Assembly: GCA_963770935.1 (NCBI GenBank)
Contig: CAVYRJ010000013.1
Span: forward strand, 1 to 51,544
Direction of reading: 5' to 3'
Length of the DNA stretch: 51,544 nt
Origin: Candidatus Bathyarchaeota archaeon
GTDB lineage: Archaea; Thermoproteota; Bathyarchaeia; Bathyarchaeales; Bathycorpusculaceae
How positions within the stretch are numbered: position 1 is the first letter of the stretch; each line of letters begins with the position of its first letter. The notes below the pieces were generated by a model, which was not told where the DNA came from, searched no databases, and saw only the letters and a program-made list of their open reading frames with translations. The position numbers and the translations under genes are program-made. Below are positions 1-8,995 of this stretch, piece after piece.

Positions 1-81
1 AACTTTTTGTCGATGCTTCAAACGCGCTGCAAAGAGTTTATTTGGGTTGAATGCCCTGGGACTTTTTAGAATTCTCCTCAT
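1..81 (-). CDS. N-terminus of a gene running off the window edge (MRRILKSPRAFNPNKLFAARLKHRQKV...)
   Basis: ATG at 81 preceded by GAGAGGAAA, overlapping the end of ORF 38..481; frame open to position 1. Confidence 0.4.
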   Translation of the reverse strand, partial: MRRILKSPRAFNPNKLFAARLKHRQKV

Positions 82-481
82 TTTCCTCTCTTTCCTTTAG
101 CAATTCCGCTTCCAACCCACGATAATCCATGTAATCAACGAGAATATCCTTGTAGGTCCTGGCTAACGTAGCTACAACCTGCAACCTTTGAACCTCAACT
201 TTATCTAAACCAGGTTTGCATGCAGCTTTCAAAGCACCAGCCAACATCAAAAGAGCCTCTTCAACACTTGGCAGCTCTTTTGGCATAACAAGAGAAGTAG
301 TAGTACAAATGTCACTACGTTTCTGTTCTACTACTTCCAAGCCTAATCGCCTAATCTTCTGACGCACAGCTTCCTCAGGCTTACCCAGTTTTGTGGCAAT
401 AACTGTTAATGGAGTCTTGGCTTCAACTAGATCTGCAAGTTCCTTCTCTAACTCATTGCTCCAGGGCTTGCCTTTTACCAA
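38..481 (-). CDS. hypothetical protein with N-terminal HTH and helical C-terminus; possible small-terminase-like viral protein
   Basis: KPW...IATKLGKPEEAVRQKIRRLGL HTH-like segment; lies in a compact same-strand run of small ORFs. Confidence 0.6.
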   Translation of the reverse strand: MVKGKPWSNELEKELADLVEAKTPLTVIATKLGKPEEAVRQKIRRLGLEVVEQKRSDICTTTSLVMPKELPSVEEALLMLAGALKAACKPGLDKVEVQRLQVVATLARTYKDILVDYMDYRGLEAELLKEREENEENSKKSQGIQPK

Positions 482-746
482 TCCAGTGCCTCCAGATCAG
501 CTGAGAAGAACATTTTGAAGCGTCCTTGATGCAACCCGTCCGGGTGTCTACTTTCTTTTTTGCTAGCTTCAAAACTACAAGTTGGTTAAGATAGGCGCTC
601 TCAACTGCCCGGGCTTTGCCGGTAGCTGAACAAATTGATTCAGCAGTTGAAGGTCCCATCTTTATTAGCGCTAAAAGTGTGACCTGCAGCTGCTTAGGCA
701 ACTCCAAAATATGATAGAGCCTCTGAGTCGAGAGAGCAGTCTCCAA
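477..746 (-). CDS. winged-HTH DNA-binding protein, probable 1-nt indel near 555
   Basis: TLLALIKMGPSTAESICSATGKARAVESAYLNQLV wHTH; one extra A in the A-run gives ...GRFKMFFSADLEALDW* with its stop overlapping the next TTG start. Confidence 0.6.
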
Positions 747-749
747 GGT

Positions 750-1578
750 CTACCCCGCCGCTCCGACAACCCCGATATCAAAACTAAAAGAAGTGATGTC
801 CGTGATAGTTGTTGCAACTTTTAAGGTGAAAACCACTGCGACTAGTTGCCCAGGATTAAGAAGTTTGCCATCATAGCTCCAGGTGCAAGATAAGTATCCG
901 TTGCCGCTTGCCGGAACAAAATTGCCCACGGCGATACTCACTGAAACAGCAACATTGCTTGTGCTCTTCATGTACAGGGTCACATTCACATTTTGGCCAG
1001 GCTCAATGGTGCCCCAATCAATCGTAGATTTTAGAGTGGTCCCAGCAGAATTCCCATAAAACAGTATGCCAACTGATTTGATGTTGCCCTGAGTGCTAAC
1101 TGAAGCTTGAAACTGAACAGCTGCTACGGCATAGCTTGCAGGAATAAGCAGCGCTAAAACAATGATAACTAACCATATTTTCTTAAATTTCAATGCGACA
1201 GGCTGATTTAGTTTGCTGACGTCAGCTGCTCGTCTCTGCATAAATCCAGCTGTTCCTGAAGTGCGCCCTCGCCCGGCAAAATACATAACTCTTCCTGCAA
1301 AATAGGCCAGCGGCTTTGAAACAAAATAGTTAACTGCAAGCCCAAAAGCAAAGCTGCTTAGCAATATATATCCGGATCCTAACCCGAAAAGCAACCAAGC
1401 TGGAGAACTTGGAACCCTAAGCGAAACCAGAGAAGCTACGAAGCAACGAGACAAACAAACTCAAAAGGTTAACCCAGCTAAACCCAACCCTCCTTGTTCT
1501 AAAAAGAAATTCATACACAGAATAGCAAACTGCACCCAGAACAATGCCTATCGCTTCTAACAAAAAGATATTAATCAT
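750..1578 (-). CDS. membrane-anchored protein with C-terminal beta-rich (Ig-like) domain; likely frameshift near 1450
   Basis: ORF 750..1454 has TM segments followed by the IDWGTIEPG beta domain; ATG at 1578, directly after the upstream stop, opens a hydrophobic frame (MINIFLLEAIGIVLGAV) ending near 1417. Confidence 0.5.
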
Positions 1579-1833
1579 CTATCTTTTAGCCTCCAAAAAC
1601 CTGCTTGATATGGCACCGACTAATCCGCTGATGACAACTAAGATCTCAACGTTAGCAGTGCCTGTTACTAAGATAAAGCAAACCTCAATCGCCACCAGCC
1701 CAACCAGAGCTACAATCAAGATGACCATTGCCCAAACAAACTTCTCAGAGGGTATGCTTTGGCAACGTTGGCATGCGGATTTTGTTTTTCGAGTAGTATC
1801 TTTAGCACTTAGCTCTTGTAGATGAAGCCTCAA
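1579..1833 (-). CDS. small two-TM membrane protein
   Basis: 84 aa, two hydrophobic helices, abuts the next gene (TAGATG). Confidence 0.55.
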   Translation of the reverse strand: MRLHLQELSAKDTTRKTKSACQRCQSIPSEKFVWAMVILIVALVGLVAIEVCFILVTGTANVEILVVISGLVGAISSRFLEAKR

Positions 1834-1880
1834 TAGCGCATTTAGAAGTGAAGTAGTTGCGGATAAAATCTCTAAGCTTG

Positions 1881-2297
1881 CTAAAAACGCCAGCCATGGA
1901 TGCTTAGCCTCCGCTGAAAAGAAGTTCTTGGGCGATTAGAGCGGCTATGTGAATTCTTTTGCTCGTTATCACATCTAACGAAACTCGCCACTAAACTTCG
2001 CACGGCCTCTTCAGGCGTATAGTGCTGAGCAATAATCTGGACGTCTTCAACCCAGCCCAAAGGAATAGCAGTATAATCCAGATCGCACATGCCATCAGAG
2101 TATTCAAAGCTGTTTTGAGCTAAAATGATATGTTTGCGTTTGCCAAAGACGCCAACGAAAATGCCCCAGCTTCGGACCGGAACATCAATCACTCCGCCGT
2201 TAGTGCTGGTTTTCCCTATGCTGGCATCAGTCCACATACAACAGACCAAATCCCCAGGCTTGCACGACTCCAACTGACTGACCAAATTCTTAATCAC
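1881..2297 (-). CDS. hypothetical protein, virus-like small beta-barrel (W-x-D-A ... IPxGWV pattern)
   Basis: GDLVCCMWTDAS...SWGIFVG...IILAQ...AIPLGWVEDV; GAGGT RBS upstream. Confidence 0.6.
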   Translation of the reverse strand: MIKNLVSQLESCKPGDLVCCMWTDASIGKTSTNGGVIDVPVRSWGIFVGVFGKRKHIILAQNSFEYSDGMCDLDYTAIPLGWVEDVQIIAQHYTPEEAVRSLVASFVRCDNEQKNSHSRSNRPRTSFQRRLSIHGWRF

Positions 2298-2312
2298 AGA
2301 TGAACCTCGAAA

Positions 2313-2456
2313 TCAAGCAGCTCTCTCTAATACAGTTAGCCGATTCTTTGCAGCTGTTGCTAAATCATCAAAGAAAACAAGTTGCATCGCCTTTGGCAAT
2401 TTAGATATTCTGCTTGAGAAGTTCTTTGCGAAATCCTCCAGATTTGAAGTTTTCAC
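2313..2456 (-). CDS. 47-aa helical hypothetical protein (MKTSNLEDFAKNFSSRISKLPKAMQLVFFDDLATAAKNRLTVLERAA)
   Basis: read manually: GTG at 2456 with GGGTG upstream, TGA at 2313-2315; first gene of the minus-strand run. Confidence 0.5.
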   Translation of the reverse strand: MKTSNLEDFAKNFSSRISKLPKAMQLVFFDDLATAAKNRLTVLERAA

Positions 2457-2524
2457 TTTTTAACACCCAAGTACCGACTAATGGTGCATTATCTGAAAGT
2501 AAGCCCTAAAAAGCCATTTTATCG

Positions 2525-2620
2525 AAAAAAAGATACGCGAAAAAAGATAATTAAAACAACGTACGCGAAACAACATAATTAAAACAACATACGCGAAACA
2601 ACATAATTAAAACAACATAA
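2525..2620. repeat. tandem repeat array, 28-bp unit built from alternating 14-bp subunits
   Basis: TACGCGAAACAACATAATTAAAACAACA-like units start at 2534, 2562 and 2590. Confidence 0.9.
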
Positions 2621-2985
2621 CTCAAAGAAACTAAGTGAGCCCGATCGGGTCTATTTCTTCCCTGGGACTGGAGCTGTCAACAGCTGGATCGTCTGTTCTT
2701 TAATATCTGATTTTTATGGTTTGCAGCCCCCTAACAGACCAAAGACGACTATCAATCTAAAAGCAAGCACTAAAAGCTATTTTATTCAATAAAACAATAA
2801 AAAACAAAGTAAATCAATAAACACAACTTAAAATCAGCAACACGCTGAACAATGAGGGTGCTCCCACTTTGCTATGAAAAGGAGTTATCAAAGGGATTTC
2901 TCTACAAGGAACTTTCTTAGCTATGCAGCAAAAGTCTAAAAAGTTATATTGATTCAAGGTTCAATATGTAAGCGCAGACTCGGTA

Positions 2986-4938
2986 TTGGTGAACTTGCAG
3001 ACAAAAAATCTCGCTCTAATTCCATTCGCCGCTTTAGTTCTAGCGATCATTGTTAACTTTCTTTTCGGCTTATCAGAGAGCATTGTCTTTGACCCCCCTT
3101 ATCTTTATCTTGTTTTAAATGTAACTTTTTGGAGCATAGCAGCCATAGCTACAGCCTATGTTTCAGCTAGAAGTTACTTACTTCATGGCTCATTGGCTGT
3201 TTTGTTAATTGGATCATCCATTATGGTCTTTGCATTATCAACAATTGTTGTGGGTTTTGTTTTGACGCTCTCAGCAAATATAGCCATTACATCAGGAGCG
3301 ATTGGCTATTTTGTTAGTGCAGTAATTCAATTTGCTACAAGCATCGTCACAATTTTAGGTAAAGAAGAAACCAATGTTGTAGGTAGAAAGAAAGCGCTAT
3401 TAATAACCTATGTTGGCTCAATAGGTTTCGTCGCCCTTATCACTTCCATTGCTTGGATAGGTGCAATTCCACCATTCTTCGAATCAGGTCCAACGCTTTT
3501 GCGTCAAGCAACTATTGTTTCTGCCTCAGCCTTTTTCATTTTGGCTTCTTTAATATTTTGGACAACCTACTCGCGCTCAAAAAGCACTATGGTTTTCTGG
3601 TACTCGCTTGCAGTTGCTCTAATCGGAGTTGGTTTGGCAAGCAGCTTAGGAATAAAAGCAGTAGGCGACATACCGACATGGTTAGGTCGATTTTGCTTCT
3701 ATCTTGGAACTATTTACCTAACAATTGCTATTATTAAATCCCGAAGGAAAGATACTACTTTGTTTAGTGCATGGACTGAGGCTTTTAAGGGTAGCAGTAA
3801 ACAGTTTGCCGCTTTGTTTGCAAATATGCTAAACGCATTCGTCTACGCTAAAGTTGTTGTTGAGAATGGAAAACCTGTTGATTGGGTTTATCTTGACGTT
3901 AACAACTCTTTTGAAAGAATAGTTGGACTAAAGAAAAAAGACATTATTGGCAAGAAAGTAACAGAGGTGCTTCCAGTTGAACTCAAAGACCCCGCAGATT
4001 GGATTGACAAATTTGGCAAGGTCGCTATTACAGGTGAACCCATCCAAATTGAAAGTTACCGACAATCTATCGGAAAATGGCTAAAAGCCTCGGTTTATTG
4101 TCCAGAGAGAGGATACTTTGTTAGTATTCTTGAAGATATAACTGAACGCAAGAAAGCTGAAGAAGCACTCAATCAAGCGCAAGATAAACTTCAGGAATAC
4201 GCTACGAACCTTGAACGCCTTGTTGAAGAGCGAACCAAACAGCTTAAAGAAACCGAACGTATGGCAGCAATCGGTACTACAGCTGGTATGGTTGGGCACG
4301 ATATTCGCAATCCTCTGCAAGCTATAACTGGTGATTTATTTCTTGCAAAATCAGAGTTAGAAGACCTTCCGGACAATGAGCAAAAGCAAAATGCAATAGA
4401 AAGCTTAGGTGAAATAGAGAAAAACGTTGATTACATTAACAAAATTGTTGCTGACCTCCAAGACTATGCAAGGCCGCTTAATCCACGAGCTCAAGAAACA
4501 AGCATAAAAACATTATTAAATGAAATAGTAACAAAGAATGGCATCCCCCAAAACATCAAGGTGGCGATTGAAGTAGAAGATAGAGCAGAAAGAATCATGG
4601 CTGACCCTGACTACCTCAAACGCATTGCCTCAAACTTAATTTTAAATGCGGTTCAAGCCATGCCTAACGGTGGCAAATTAGCAATTAATGCTTATACTGA
4701 CAAATTGAATCACGATGTTTTGATTACTGTGAAAGATTCAGGTGTTGGCATTCCAGAAAACGTCAAGCCTAAGCTGTTTACTCCTATGATGACAACCAAA
4801 GCTAGAGGTCAAGGGTTCGGGTTAGCAGTGGTTAAACGCATGACAGAAGGTTTAGGGGGAACGGTTACCTTCGAGAGCGAAGAAGGAAAAGGAACAACTT
4901 TCATGATACGTTTGCCCCCCCCCCCAAAAAAGAGCTAA
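2986..4938 (+). CDS. membrane sensor histidine kinase (multi-TM, PAS, HisKA, HATPase_c)
   Basis: ~8 TM helices; H-box GHDIRNPL; N-box NLILNAVQAM; DSGVGI and GQGFGL G-boxes. Confidence 0.93.
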   Translation: MVNLQTKNLALIPFAALVLAIIVNFLFGLSESIVFDPPYLYLVLNVTFWSIAAIATAYVSARSYLLHGSLAVLLIGSSIMVFALSTIVVGFVLTLSANIAITSGAIGYFVSAVIQFATSIVTILGKEETNVVGRKKALLITYVGSIGFVALITSIAWIGAIPPFFESGPTLLRQATIVSASAFFILASLIFWTTYSRSKSTMVFWYSLAVALIGVGLASSLGIKAVGDIPTWLGRFCFYLGTIYLTIAIIKSRRKDTTLFSAWTEAFKGSSKQFAALFANMLNAFVYAKVVVENGKPVDWVYLDVNNSFERIVGLKKKDIIGKKVTEVLPVELKDPADWIDKFGKVAITGEPIQIESYRQSIGKWLKASVYCPERGYFVSILEDITERKKAEEALNQAQDKLQEYATNLERLVEERTKQLKETERMAAIGTTAGMVGHDIRNPLQAITGDLFLAKSELEDLPDNEQKQNAIESLGEIEKNVDYINKIVADLQDYARPLNPRAQETSIKTLLNEIVTKNGIPQNIKVAIEVEDRAERIMADPDYLKRIASNLILNAVQAMPNGGKLAINAYTDKLNHDVLITVKDSGVGIPENVKPKLFTPMMTTKARGQGFGLAVVKRMTEGLGGTVTFESEEGKGTTFMIRLPPPPKKS

Positions 4939-5328
4939 AAAGTAAATACACCTACAAAAACTCAAAGTCTTAGTTCTTACAGAATTCAATTTTTGTTGAC
5001 TGAAAATTTCCTTATTGTCGCTATTCGTCCCTATTCCCGTGAGGGTCAAAACCGCAAGCCAACATAGAAAGATCATTTTTAGGAAAGATCACTTTATCAA
5101 TGTAAGTGAATCATCAATCGAATGTTTGCTAGGTTTTTTTGGGTTTGCAGTTTTCAAATATGAGATTTTACCGGTAACAGAGTCTTTCATAATAAAGGAG
5201 CATTTCTATGAACTAAATCAACACAAATTCTTTAAAGCATCTTTCATGAATTCAAATATTTTTGAAGAGAAACAGGAATTTTAACATAAGAAAAAGAGAG
5301 GATAAAAGGGAGGATTTAATCGTGCAGT

Positions 5329-8022
5329 TTATGGTCGTTTTCTAAGTAAGAGTATTGTTACTGCGAATCCAATTACGATTGCAATGATTATGGCTGTTCC
5401 AATTCCTAAGATGTACATGTCTGTTGGAGGCGATGCCGTTACAGGTTGCTGGGTTGGTGTTGGTGCTGCTGCTTCTACGACAAAAGCGGTTTCAGCATGT
5501 GATGGCCAATAAGACTCAGAGCCTTCAAAATTAGCGATTACAGTGTATTTGCCTTCGATGTCGGGTGTCCATTCAAAGCTGTAGAAGCCGTTTGCGTCGC
5601 TTGTTGTTGAGCCTATATTTCGGTAGTTGCCGTTAGCATCCAAAACGTCTAATTTCACTTCCACGCCAGTTGCATCTGAAGGCATTGCTTGCTGATGCCA
5701 AAGGTATTCCATCCATGGAGTCATGCTTTCATCAGACATTGCTGGAACTCCGTTGGGAAAACGTGATGACATAACATTGTTCTTAGTGCCAGCAGATGTA
5801 TCAGTTACCATGCCTTCAACAAGCACTTTTCCGCCATTCGCTGAAACTTTCGGTGAAGCAGTGACAGTTGTGGCGCTTGGACCTTTGCCAAAGCAATATA
5901 TCTGGCCGTCATAGAAGTTAAGTGCTACCATTACGCCGTCTGCAGGCTTCACAGATCCCCAGTTATTGAGTGTCCATATTTCTGCTCCGTTTGATGCGTT
6001 GATACAGCGTATTCTTGAACCGCGCCATAGAGGCTGAGTAGGTGAGTGCTCGCTTGAGGAAGTGTAGATTTTTCCGTCAACAATACAGGCTAAAGAGAGT
6101 GGGTAAGTACCATACGGAGATTCAAAGCCTTCCTGTTTAGGCGTATATACCCATAATACTTTACCTGTCTTTATATCGTAGGCGGTTATATCACTGCCAG
6201 CGTTACCAGAACCCATTGACAATAGCATGCCATTATAGACCGTGCCGCTCATGCCGTAATATTTCATTTGTCTTTCGCTTTCAGTTGGTCCCCAAAGTAG
6301 CTGACCTGTCTCAAGACTGTAGCCCCACCATTTCCTCGTTATATCTTCGTTAAAGACGAAAACACCGTCTTCTGGATCTACACTAGCCAAGCTAACGCCT
6401 CCACTATAGACCGCACTTGGATCCGCATCGACTGCTTTTGGCGGCGTAAAGGTAATGTTCCACAGCAATTTCCCTTCTTCACCTTTTTTCAGACTCAAAC
6501 ACCACAAATTGCCCAGAGTAATTCCATTTGCCTCACTGTTTAACCCCTCAGTTCCGCCAATTATGAATTGATCCTGACGAATCGCTCTGATGCTGCCTTG
6601 TACTGTCGGCGATATTGTTACGTTTACTGAATATCCTCTGCTACCATCATAGGTCATGCTCATGAAAGGTCTCCAGCACCAGTAATTATTCCTCAGGGGA
6701 TACAGTGATGTTTCGTCATAATTTGCCTCGATCGCATGAGTCGAGTTCCACACTGTCAAACGTTGTGCACTCCCCGCATTCGATTTACCATACATCGACG
6801 TACCTATATTGTAGTATAGTATGCTTCCATCGATACCGTAGACCTGTGTTCCTGCAGTAGATACATTTGCCACGTTAATTAGCCAAGACCCAGTCCATGC
6901 GTCGAACATCATCCAAGTTGCATTGTTATTAGGCCAAGTTTGACCTCCGCTTGATGGTCTACCCGTTGGCATACCAGGACCATAAGTACTCCACAAATAC
7001 GGACGACCCCCGTGCTCGTTGGGCGACTCATAATTAAGGATCTGGCCAAAGTCCAGCCTTTCCTGCATTAAAGCACCCGAAGCATCAGAACGCAAAGCAT
7101 AATTTACTGGACCAGTAGTATTATGGAAGTATAGTGTTTCTCCAGTATACAGATCTAGACAATACCAGCCCTCTTTTGGCTGCCATGGCCAATTATAATA
7201 GATTCTTCCGTTGAGGATTATCGGCGGAGCGAAACTAAGACCGTCGTAGTGTGATGTTTGGTAGCCTGCATCCCCGTAGCGAGCGTCCATTGTGCCTCCT
7301 GGCCCCATCGGTGTTGCCCACAATATGTGAGCGGTTTCTGGTCCTGTACCGTAGCCGTAACTAGTTGGTACGCCACCTGAAGCGCCTGCCGGGTAGGTTT
7401 GTGCGGCACCTGATAGCCAGTTTGCTGCGAGCACATCCCAGTCTCTGTTCATCACATTTATTGGGCGTGTCCAGTATTCTGTTGGAAGAGGAGCTTCTGT
7501 TAATGCTTGTATTGGTTCTTGTTGTGCTATCCAGTGCACTGGGTCGCTTCGGCCGCCTTTTACAGTGTCATTGACGTTGGCAGCGCCGGTTATCTGGCTT
7601 ATTGTCCTTCCTGGGTATAAGGGAAGACCGGTTAGTAAGCAGTCAGCCATTATGGAAATTGCAGAATAATTGCCTAACTGATCACAAACATATGAAATGT
7701 ATCCACCGCCTACTGGATCGGACGTGATTGGTCCAAGTGTTTCATTGGTTCCGTCAGGTCTTGTTACTACCAATGTCCATTTGTATCTGTCGCCATAAGC
7801 GCCTGATGCTGTTGGCGGTAAAAGGTTCGGCCAAAAGACTATCAGTTCGGATTGCCCTACGCCTATGAGTTCATTGTTAACCGATATGTATTGATGGGTA
7901 GGAATCTGCTTTGGAGGAGTACTCGCGTTAGCAAATGGTAGAGGAACTATAGTAAGAGTTATAGTTAACATTAGAAACAAAGCAATCATAGTTGCAATGG
8001 TTTTGTTTTTAAAAAGTTTCAA
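5329..8022 (-). CDS. secreted, C-terminally anchored PQQ-like beta-propeller repeat protein
   Basis: signal peptide; repeated (A/C)xDxxTG...W motifs; PLPTEYWTRPI and EHSP; C-terminal TM + RKRP; paralogue of 23749..26265. Confidence 0.85.
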   Translation of the reverse strand: MKLFKNKTIATMIALFLMLTITLTIVPLPFANASTPPKQIPTHQYISVNNELIGVGQSELIVFWPNLLPPTASGAYGDRYKWTLVVTRPDGTNETLGPITSDPVGGGYISYVCDQLGNYSAISIMADCLLTGLPLYPGRTISQITGAANVNDTVKGGRSDPVHWIAQQEPIQALTEAPLPTEYWTRPINVMNRDWDVLAANWLSGAAQTYPAGASGGVPTSYGYGTGPETAHILWATPMGPGGTMDARYGDAGYQTSHYDGLSFAPPIILNGRIYYNWPWQPKEGWYCLDLYTGETLYFHNTTGPVNYALRSDASGALMQERLDFGQILNYESPNEHGGRPYLWSTYGPGMPTGRPSSGGQTWPNNNATWMMFDAWTGSWLINVANVSTAGTQVYGIDGSILYYNIGTSMYGKSNAGSAQRLTVWNSTHAIEANYDETSLYPLRNNYWCWRPFMSMTYDGSRGYSVNVTISPTVQGSIRAIRQDQFIIGGTEGLNSEANGITLGNLWCLSLKKGEEGKLLWNITFTPPKAVDADPSAVYSGGVSLASVDPEDGVFVFNEDITRKWWGYSLETGQLLWGPTESERQMKYYGMSGTVYNGMLLSMGSGNAGSDITAYDIKTGKVLWVYTPKQEGFESPYGTYPLSLACIVDGKIYTSSSEHSPTQPLWRGSRIRCINASNGAEIWTLNNWGSVKPADGVMVALNFYDGQIYCFGKGPSATTVTASPKVSANGGKVLVEGMVTDTSAGTKNNVMSSRFPNGVPAMSDESMTPWMEYLWHQQAMPSDATGVEVKLDVLDANGNYRNIGSTTSDANGFYSFEWTPDIEGKYTVIANFEGSESYWPSHAETAFVVEAAAPTPTQQPVTASPPTDMYILGIGTAIIIAIVIGFAVTILLLRKRP

Positions 8023-8212
8023 TTTTTTTCTTCTCCTTTAATTATGTTTGGCAAGGAAAACTTTTGACAGGTTCCCTGCCAACAAAAATCAGTATCTTAA
8101 CTAGATGTATATTAAATTAATTGTTTTCGACAAGACGCCATCGGATAAGAAATATAATTTTGATATGTAAATTGTGGTCATAGTGTGAAATTAGCGTATA
8201 AGCGTATACTGC

Positions 8213-8430
8213 TCAGGGGTTTGGAGTGTACTGTAGAGAAACGGTTATTCGGTTTCGGCTAAGTGCTATGCCTTATTTCATCGTTAATCCGTCTGTTACC
8301 TCTTCCTTTGCTTGCATGCCCAAACCGGGCAACTTTACAATTCTTCATGTTACCTCTGATAATTTGAGGGTTGCTCTATAGAATATAGAATGGTGTCTTT
8401 GTTTGGGAAGTATAGAGTTCGGCTGTGAAG
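8213..8430 (-). pseudogene. decayed 3' end of a GNAT acetyltransferase gene (copy 1)
   Basis: translates AELYTSQTKTPFYIL*SNPQIIRGN...RFGHASKGRGNRRINDEIR...RITVSLQY, matching 11437-11660. Confidence 0.75.
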
Positions 8431-8643
8431 CGTACCGCGAAATTATTAGAAAGTTGCGTCATTCATGTTAAATTGCGTTGTATATGTTAAAGTGTAGAAT
8501 TGGTTGGCTGAACTGTTGGAGAGTATTGACAGCGCATTACTAACATCTGTCTTTAAAACTAAAATCAGAGCTTAAATTTGTTGATTAATTGCCTGTTTTT
8601 AGGTTAAAACTGTCTATATCCCACCGTTAATAATATAGTTGAT

Positions 8644-8868
8644 TGTAGGTCGGGAAGTACGCTTTAGAAGCGATGCATTAAGGCAAAAAGCGTATCGATT
8701 AAAACAGCGAAAAATCGGTATGCGACAAATACTTTGCTTTAATGGGCTGGACAGCAATGTTGCAGTGAGGCTTTGAGCAGCATGGCCAAAACGGCGAAAG
8801 ACCATGTAGCGATAAAGACAAGGTCTCAGTGGGCCGTGAACAACATTAAGGCTTAGACCCGACCTGCA
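8644..8868 (+). ncRNA. candidate structured non-coding RNA of unrecognised family
   Basis: 11-bp closing helix 8644-8654/8858-8868 plus at least six internal helices; G-U pairs favour the + strand; TATA-like CTATAT ~28 nt upstream; T-rich tail. Confidence 0.6.
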
Positions 8869-8889
8869 CTTCTTTAACAAATTTTGAGT

Positions 8890-8995
8890 CTTGCACGTCT
8901 TACGCATGCAGTTAAGGTTATTCCTTATTTCACTGTTTATTCTTGTGTTTCTTTTAGTTTGCTGGCGGGTCCATAACGGGTTATCTTCCAATTTT
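8890..8995 (-). pseudogene. decayed 3' end of a GNAT gene (copy 2)
   Basis: NWKITR...NTRINSEIR matches NWKITR...NTRINNEIR at ~11505-11580; near-identical DNA CTTATTTCAcTGTTTATTCTTGTGTTTC. Confidence 0.65.

Noticed and set aside
2525-2620. CRISPR array
   Set aside because: Units are contiguous with no unique spacers, and there are no cas genes.
4915-4931. C11-A6 tract as a phase-variation switch
   Set aside because: It lies in the last codons of the kinase, so slippage would alter only a few terminal residues.
8644-8868. RNase P or SRP RNA identity for the structured element
   Set aside because: GGGAAGTAC and GGCTTA faintly echo RNase P P4, but P2/P3 and the other conserved regions are missing, and there is no SRP helix-8 motif.
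8614-8991. 125-aa minus-strand ORF
   Set aside because: Its start is the GNAT relic and the rest is antisense to the structured element, with no protein-like features.
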